Virus record (IMG/VR): IMGVR_UViG_3300017754_002634
Location: 1 to 29,495 of that record
Length of the DNA stretch: 29,495 bases
Direction: 5' to 3' (one strand)
From: a virus
Lineage: Duplodnaviria; Caudoviricetes
The number at the start of each line of letters is the position of its first letter. Position 1 is the stretch's first letter. Below are positions 25,017 to 29,495 of this stretch, one piece after another. The notes beneath the pieces were generated by a model that was not told the origin of the DNA, made no database searches, and saw nothing but the letters and a program-made list of their open reading frames with translations. The position numbers and the translations under genes were made by a program.

Positions 25017-26555
25017 TTATTGCACCAAATATGTGAATGAAAAAGTGAATGTTTGACCTGCGGTTGTTGTTGGCGCAAGCCAGTTAAATTCTGCAACATC
25101 ACCAGCATCTGCATAAATTGATATTGCAGTTCCTCTTGCTTGGCTGGAATAAAACACCCCCGCCCCACCTAATTGACGAACCGCAGAAAGATTGGAAGCG
25201 ACTGGCAAAGTCATCCTTAATACGGTGTTTGTTGGACCTGCTGCTGTCATCGTAATACCAGACACTTGACCGCTAACAGTTACGGTGTTGCCAACACGCA
25301 TATATTGACAAACAGCCGCAGTGCTTGCTGAAATGTTTGTTGTATTTGTCAGCGTAGGCGTATAAGTCCCGCTGAATACGTTGCCGTCTGTGGTGGCAGG
25401 GGCCGTGACTGCGGTGCGTGTAATTTCAAGACCGCCTGTTTCAGACAGGCCAATTGCCCGAGTCAGCGTTGTGCCGTTGCTCGACACATAGAAGTTCAAG
25501 CCCGTGGTTGTGCCAGCAGTATCGGCTGCATATGCGTTAATTGAAGCCTTGATGCCGCCGTCACCTGCACCGCTTGTGTCGTCATTGCCAAAAGCAAGTC
25601 GAGCAAAATCTTGGCCAGCAGTCCAAGTTCCTGCAGACGCCGAATAAACGTGGATTGTTGTCGGGTTTGGTGTTGCCGTAAACGTAATAGAACCAGCGGT
25701 AGCTGCTGCCGAGCTTTGCACAGTGATCTGCGACGCTGAGTCAATGCTCAAGATCATTGTGTTCGTGCCCAACACGCCTGTGCCAGCAGTTTTGGTGAGG
25801 ATCATCCCCCCATAAAAACCTGTTGTTGTGGAAAGGCCAGTAATAGTAGTTTCTGTAGCTGAAGAGGTGATTGTTCCCGTAACGCCAGAAATTACAGCTT
25901 CACCAGAGTCTCGTTGAAAACGAAACGAATGGCCGTCGTTATTGCCCGTTTCCCCCGTCAGCATGTAAAACTGCGCGTTTGTTACGTTGTTGTTTAACTG
26001 CAGGTAAGAGTAGCCTTGAAGCATTTGCAGATACCACGTCTGCGTGCCGTTTCGGTGTCCAGACAACCCACTTTCGCCGGTATCCGAGCTGTCAAGGTAA
26101 ACAATGGCGTCGCCATCGCCACTAACTGCGTTTGATTTAAGACGCATGTACGTCTTTGCACCGTCAGCGGTGCTTGGGTTTTGGATGTCAAGAATATATG
26201 GTGCTGTTGGGGGCGCACCAATACCTACGTTGCCGTCTGCATCTTGGTTAACAGACTTCTCGGACGGATACGTGACGAACACATCTTTCTCGCCCGCCGA
26301 GAAATTAACCGCCGCTCCCGCGTTGCTTGACGAGAGGATGGTTGTGCGTGCAAGGGTTGTACCGCTGGACGTGTAGGTGCCGATACCAACCTCCCACTCG
26401 CTGAGGTCTCGGGCAGCAATACAGTAATACGTAGTGTTGCCGTCCCCAACAGCGGAGAACGATTGGTATCCTGTGACGGCCCCAACAAGGGTAACAGTGC
26501 CCGTGCCAGTGGTCGTCGTAGTTTCTCTGACTCGGTCAGCTAGTACCAAGGCCAT
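25017..26555 (-). CDS. Tail fibre / receptor-binding protein (512 aa)
   Basis: Conserved-type anchor [19 protein letters not shown]...EWEVGIGTY...[14 protein letters not shown], a GNVGIG motif, and the C-terminal GTYTPTL...[10 protein letters not shown]...LPV tip domain. Confidence 0.8.
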   Translation of the reverse strand: MALVLADRVRETTTTTGTGTVTLVGAVTGYQSFSAVGDGNTTYYCIAARDLSEWEVGIGTYTSSGTTLARTTILSSSNAGAAVNFSAGEKDVFVTYPSEKSVNQDADGNVGIGAPPTAPYILDIQNPSTADGAKTYMRLKSNAVSGDGDAIVYLDSSDTGESGLSGHRNGTQTWYLQMLQGYSYLQLNNNVTNAQFYMLTGETGNNDGHSFRFQRDSGEAVISGVTGTITSSATETTITGLSTTTGFYGGMILTKTAGTGVLGTNTMILSIDSASQITVQSSAAATAGSITFTATPNPTTIHVYSASAGTWTAGQDFARLAFGNDDTSGAGDGGIKASINAYAADTAGTTTGLNFYVSSNGTTLTRAIGLSETGGLEITRTAVTAPATTDGNVFSGTYTPTLTNTTNISASTAAVCQYMRVGNTVTVSGQVSGITMTAAGPTNTVLRMTLPVASNLSAVRQLGGAGVFYSSQARGTAISIYADAGDVAEFNWLAPTTTAGQTFTFSFTYLVQ

Positions 26556-26574
26556 GCGGCACCCCTTTTACATA

Positions 26575-27093
26575 TTAAGCCGCGTCGAGGCTGAATGTGT
26601 ATGTCACAGTCAGAACGTCACCAGAAACAACGGTACGGTCGCCGGGAGCTTGGAAGTCCGAGGCGGAGAACAAAGTGCCTGAAGTGCCGGATGTCACGGA
26701 GCACAAGAACGCGCCTGCAACAACGCCACCAGCGCCGGAGATTGTGAATTGGTTTTTTGCCGCCGAGTTGTCAATCACAGACGGGTCAGCGGTTGTGGCT
26801 GTACCAAACGTAACGGCTTGGCGTGTACCAGAATAATCGGTGTACTCAGTCCAACCTGCGTGCAAAGCCAACGTATCGCCAGCAGCGATGGTTGTGCCAG
26901 AGCTGGGGCCGGTAATCAGGCCCATGTACCAAGTAGTGATCTGTGTAGCGCCGTCCAGATAGACAGACACCATGCTCTGCAAGCCTTGGTTCACAACGAG
27001 GTTGTGCGTAGATTCTTCCCACTTGAGCTTGCCGTCTTTGTCGTGGCACTGAAATGTGTAAACGCCACCGGCGGATGCTTTGTTGGTCAACAT
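26575..27093 (-). CDS. Virion structural protein (172 aa)
   Basis: SD AGGAG. Motifs G.LKWEE..HNLVVN.G and GTLFSA..F...RTV.SGDVL.VTY; Thr/Gly-rich; located in the tail region. Confidence 0.7.
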   Translation of the reverse strand: MLTNKASAGGVYTFQCHDKDGKLKWEESTHNLVVNQGLQSMVSVYLDGATQITTWYMGLITGPSSGTTIAAGDTLALHAGWTEYTDYSGTRQAVTFGTATTADPSVIDNSAAKNQFTISGAGGVVAGAFLCSVTSGTSGTLFSASDFQAPGDRTVVSGDVLTVTYTFSLDAA

Positions 27094-27105
27094 GTGTTGC
27101 TCCTG

Positions 27106-27522
27106 TTAAGAAATGCGGATGAGTGCCGATGTTGCTGTGTTGGCTGGCATCTGCACCGTGAAAATTGTCGTGGCCGTTTTATCCGACCCGAAGTCCAACA
27201 CCGCAATGGCTTTGTTGCTCTTGCTGGCATTGTAAATTAGGGCTCCACGGGCGGTGAACGCGGCGGGGTCCCAAGAGGGGTCGGCAAAATCCACGTAGGC
27301 CGTGGTATCTGCGGTCAGCACCGTCACGCCTGTCAGCGTCTTGCCGCCTGCTGTATAGCCCGTGCCAGACGTCTCGCCATCCGTTGTGTAAACCGTGGTT
27401 TCTGCGCCAAGGTTGGCTGTTGCCAAGAACAGCGCCATCTTGATGTCATCCGTCTCAAGGTCGTGAACCCCAAGCAAGATGTCCTGCTTGAAGCTCGTGG
27501 TGATGGTTTGGTCAAAAGCCAT
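27106..27522 (-). CDS. Virion structural protein (138 aa)
   Basis: Motifs TSFK..IL.G.HD, GYTAGG..L, ARGALIYN and VLDFG.DK, a pattern typical of small phage structural proteins. Confidence 0.7.
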   Translation of the reverse strand: MAFDQTITTSFKQDILLGVHDLETDDIKMALFLATANLGAETTVYTTDGETSGTGYTAGGKTLTGVTVLTADTTAYVDFADPSWDPAAFTARGALIYNASKSNKAIAVLDFGSDKTATTIFTVQMPANTATSALIRIS

Positions 27523-27523
27523 G

Positions 27524-28198
27524 TTATGTCACCGCCTGTCGGTATTGGCCGGACCGGTACGCGTCCTGACGCTCCATGCCATCGCCCAAGCGCTTTGCCA
27601 AGCCCAAAGCCTCGGTGTACTTGGTGTTGTACAGCTGGACCATGTCGGCTTCGCCCTTCATGAACGTGATGGCTTCAACCAAAGAGCCGTACAGCAGCAC
27701 GGAATCAAAGTTGTCGCCCAGCCAAGTCTCACCAGCGGTGACGATTGACTCGGGGTAGTAGTAAAAATGCAACTCCACCGTGTAGGCGGCATCTGGCGTT
27801 GGGCCGAGAATAAACGACAGCTCGTTCGTGATGCTCGGACTTGACCCGCTTGTGGTCGTTGGGCCAAACAGCGCGTAGTACTTGGGCAATCCGGTGCTTG
27901 TTGGCGTTGGATATGCCTGCCGGATGAAGTTGACATCCTTGTTGAGCAGGAACTCGTAAGCGCCAGTGGCATCAACCACCGCAAGCGAATACACGGCCAA
28001 GAAGTCGGACGGTGCAGACAAGTATTTGTTGCTTGCCGTGAGCGAACCCGTCACGTTCTTGCGGATCGAAGGGAACTGCACCGTGTTGTAGATGCGTTGC
28101 TCCGCCTGCTGCACAAACACCGGAATGTTGTCAATGAAGTCTTGGTCGAAGTTCTGCGTGTAATCGCAGATTGCAGCGGTCAACTGGGTGTAGTTCAT
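27524..28198 (-). CDS. Head-tail adaptor / tail tubular A-like protein (224 aa)
   Basis: MNY..L..AI.DY, F...AE.RI, P.DFL, G.PKYYA, LGPTPD..Y.VELHFYYYP and LLYGSLVEA motifs. Confidence 0.7.
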   Translation of the reverse strand: MNYTQLTAAICDYTQNFDQDFIDNIPVFVQQAEQRIYNTVQFPSIRKNVTGSLTASNKYLSAPSDFLAVYSLAVVDATGAYEFLLNKDVNFIRQAYPTPTSTGLPKYYALFGPTTTSGSSPSITNELSFILGPTPDAAYTVELHFYYYPESIVTAGETWLGDNFDSVLLYGSLVEAITFMKGEADMVQLYNTKYTEALGLAKRLGDGMERQDAYRSGQYRQAVT

Positions 28199-28205
28199 GT
28201 TCGTA

Positions 28206-28409
28206 TCAGGCCATAGGGCCGCGAGCCATCACGCCTTTAGTAGCTGCGCCAGTGCCACGGATTTTGATGCCCGAGGTTTTGACGCCCGGATATTCATTGC
28301 TGTGGTTGTTGGCCACGGACACGTTGGTGCCCTCCATGTGCTTCATGGCGTTGACCTTCGGCAGCACAGCCTGTGTAGGCGCTGGTTTTGGTGAGCGGTA
28401 TGTTGCCAT
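28206..28409 (-). CDS. Small basic protein (67 aa; MATYRSPKP...RGTGAATKG..ARGPMA)
   Basis: Start re-assigned to the ATG at 28409, which has SD AAGGAG. The track's longer start at 28463 would overlap the 54-aa gene. Confidence 0.7.
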   Translation of the reverse strand: MATYRSPKPAPTQAVLPKVNAMKHMEGTNVSVANNHSNEYPGVKTSGIKIRGTGAATKGVMARGPMA

Positions 28410-28410
28410 G

Positions 28411-28575
28411 TCAGGCTCCTTTGCGGCCGGGGGATTTCTGGTTGGCAACCTTGGCCAAGCCACGACCCATCTTCAGCATATCGCTGTTGGTCTTGCCACC
28501 AGCACGCAGCTTGGTTGGCTTTTTGCCGGGGTGCATGTTGCTCTCGTGCTTGCGAACTGCGGTCTTTGCATCCAT
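28411..28575 (-). CDS. Unannotated small basic protein (54 aa; MDAKTAVRKHESNMHPGKKPTKLRAGGKTNSDMLKMGRGLAKVANQKSPGRKGA)
   Basis: Translated by hand. Strong SD TAAGGAG 6 nt upstream; it fills the gap between neighbours exactly. Confidence 0.75.
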   Translation of the reverse strand: MDAKTAVRKHESNMHPGKKPTKLRAGGKTNSDMLKMGRGLAKVANQKSPGRKGA

Positions 28576-28585
28576 GATGGACTCC

Positions 28586-28975
28586 TTATGATGTAGCGAT
28601 TGTCACTTGGCCGACCGAAGCAGTCAACACCAAGTAGTTGGGGGTTAAGCCGTCGTCGTACGCTCGAGCACCACCCACTGGATTCCAACCCCACTGGATG
28701 TCTCGAGAGCCACCTGTTGGGTATCCTGCCACGTTGGGTCCTGCCGTCACGTACGTTGTGTCTCTGCGGGGGTTGCGTACAGCCTGCGGATCATCCACTG
28801 GGTACATGCCCAACTGGAGCTGCGGTTGATCGGGGTCCCAGCACGAGTCACAGACCAAGAGGTTGTAGGTCTTGGTCTTGATAATTTCCTTGCGCAGCTC
28901 TGTGAGCTTGAAGCGGAAACCACAACGATCGCACTGGGCGATCGAGTTCTTGGCACTGGCGAAGCGATTGCCCAT
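28586..28975 (-). CDS. Zn-finger-like conserved phage protein (129 aa)
   Basis: CDRCG...CDSC pair followed by D..QPQL and DPQA.RNPR.D motifs. Confidence 0.75.
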   Translation of the reverse strand: MGNRFASAKNSIAQCDRCGFRFKLTELRKEIIKTKTYNLLVCDSCWDPDQPQLQLGMYPVDDPQAVRNPRRDTTYVTAGPNVAGYPTGGSRDIQWGWNPVGGARAYDDGLTPNYLVLTASVGQVTIATS

Positions 28976-29494
28976 TTATGTTCCGCTCCCAAGGTACTGG
29001 CGGCGAGGCACGAAACGAACGGCTGCCTTCTCGCGGTCTTCGCTAGAAGCCGAGTCCCAAGCCTCGTCGTACTGGGCTTTCAAAACCTGCAGACGCTCGG
29101 TGCCGCCGGGCACTTTCAGGGCCAAGTAGTAAGCCAAGCCTGCAACCATGCAGGGCAAGAACCGGAATGGCATGTCCATTGTGTTGACGCCTTCGCCCGC
29201 GTTCTGGATGCGCTTCAAGCGCCAGTACACAAAGGTGTACGGCTGGCTGTTGTCCGGCACAGGCCACACGGTGATCCGGGGTGTGTTCAAGCGCTCGATC
29301 CAGACCTGAATGGGCCGGGCCTGCTGCAGCTTGTTGGGGATCGTGGCGTAGGTAGAAACACTGATACGCGTGATGGTCAGGTATGCCTGTGTCGAAGCGC
29401 TGCCCGCACCGGTGCGGATCACATGCTCCAGCAGGTCCACTGTGTCGGCCGGAAGGTCGTACGTGGCCGTGCCAGCCACCAACGGGATCGAGCC
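28976..29494 (-). CDS. Head-tail adaptor / connector-like protein, 5'-truncated by the window edge
   Basis: The frame is open to the edge (GSIPLVAGTATYDLP...). Motifs Y..IPNK...RP.Q, VWPVPD, P.RFLPCMVAGLAYYLA and ED.E. Confidence 0.7.
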   Translation of the reverse strand, partial: GSIPLVAGTATYDLPADTVDLLEHVIRTGAGSASTQAYLTITRISVSTYATIPNKLQQARPIQVWIERLNTPRITVWPVPDNSQPYTFVYWRLKRIQNAGEGVNTMDMPFRFLPCMVAGLAYYLALKVPGGTERLQVLKAQYDEAWDSASSEDREKAAVRFVPRRQYLGSGT

Positions 29495-29495
29495 C

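Noticed and set aside
28410-28463. Track-proposed upstream starts (28463 for the 85-aa ORF; likewise 13812 for the 350-aa ORF)
   Set aside because: The downstream ATGs at 28409 and 13788 have SD sequences and avoid long overlaps with real upstream genes.
1-29495. tRNA, rRNA, CRISPR array, integrase/transposase, intron or intein
   Set aside because: None was recognisable by eye. The window is almost fully tiled by phage CDSs with gaps under about 65 nt. tRNAscan/Infernal were not run.

Overview
A 29.5-kb segment of a tailed dsDNA phage genome with podovirus/P22-like late-gene order. The host is probably Gram-negative (inferred from the lysis module). The + strand (1-1899) carries the 3' part of a DUF927-type P-loop helicase/primase-associated gene and a 61-aa ORF. 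The rest is one minus-strand late region. In transcription order it has two head-tail adaptor-like genes flanking a Zn-finger protein and two tiny basic proteins, then small structural proteins and three fibre-like genes (with two unannotated micro-ORFs). Next come a four-gene lysis block ending in a GH19 endolysin, a tail hub/nozzle-like gene and a needle/fibre-like gene. It ends with a DNA-ejection (internal virion) module whose last gene is a 3044-aa polyvalent protein with an HExxH metallopeptidase motif and an LPD38-like C-terminus. The most notable observations are: (i) a small DDxxD isoprenoid-synthase/prenyltransferase-like gene translationally coupled between two ejection proteins, in the slot usually held by a GNAT-like gene, suggesting phage-encoded prenylation of ejection proteins; (ii) a recurrent hydrophobic-A-x-G-G motif shared by several internal proteins, together with a candidate processing domain; (iii) a single in-frame amber codon inside a T4-holin-like gene; (iv) two internal sigma70-like promoters serving the ejection module. 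All family assignments come from motif recognition and synteny by eye; no database search was run.
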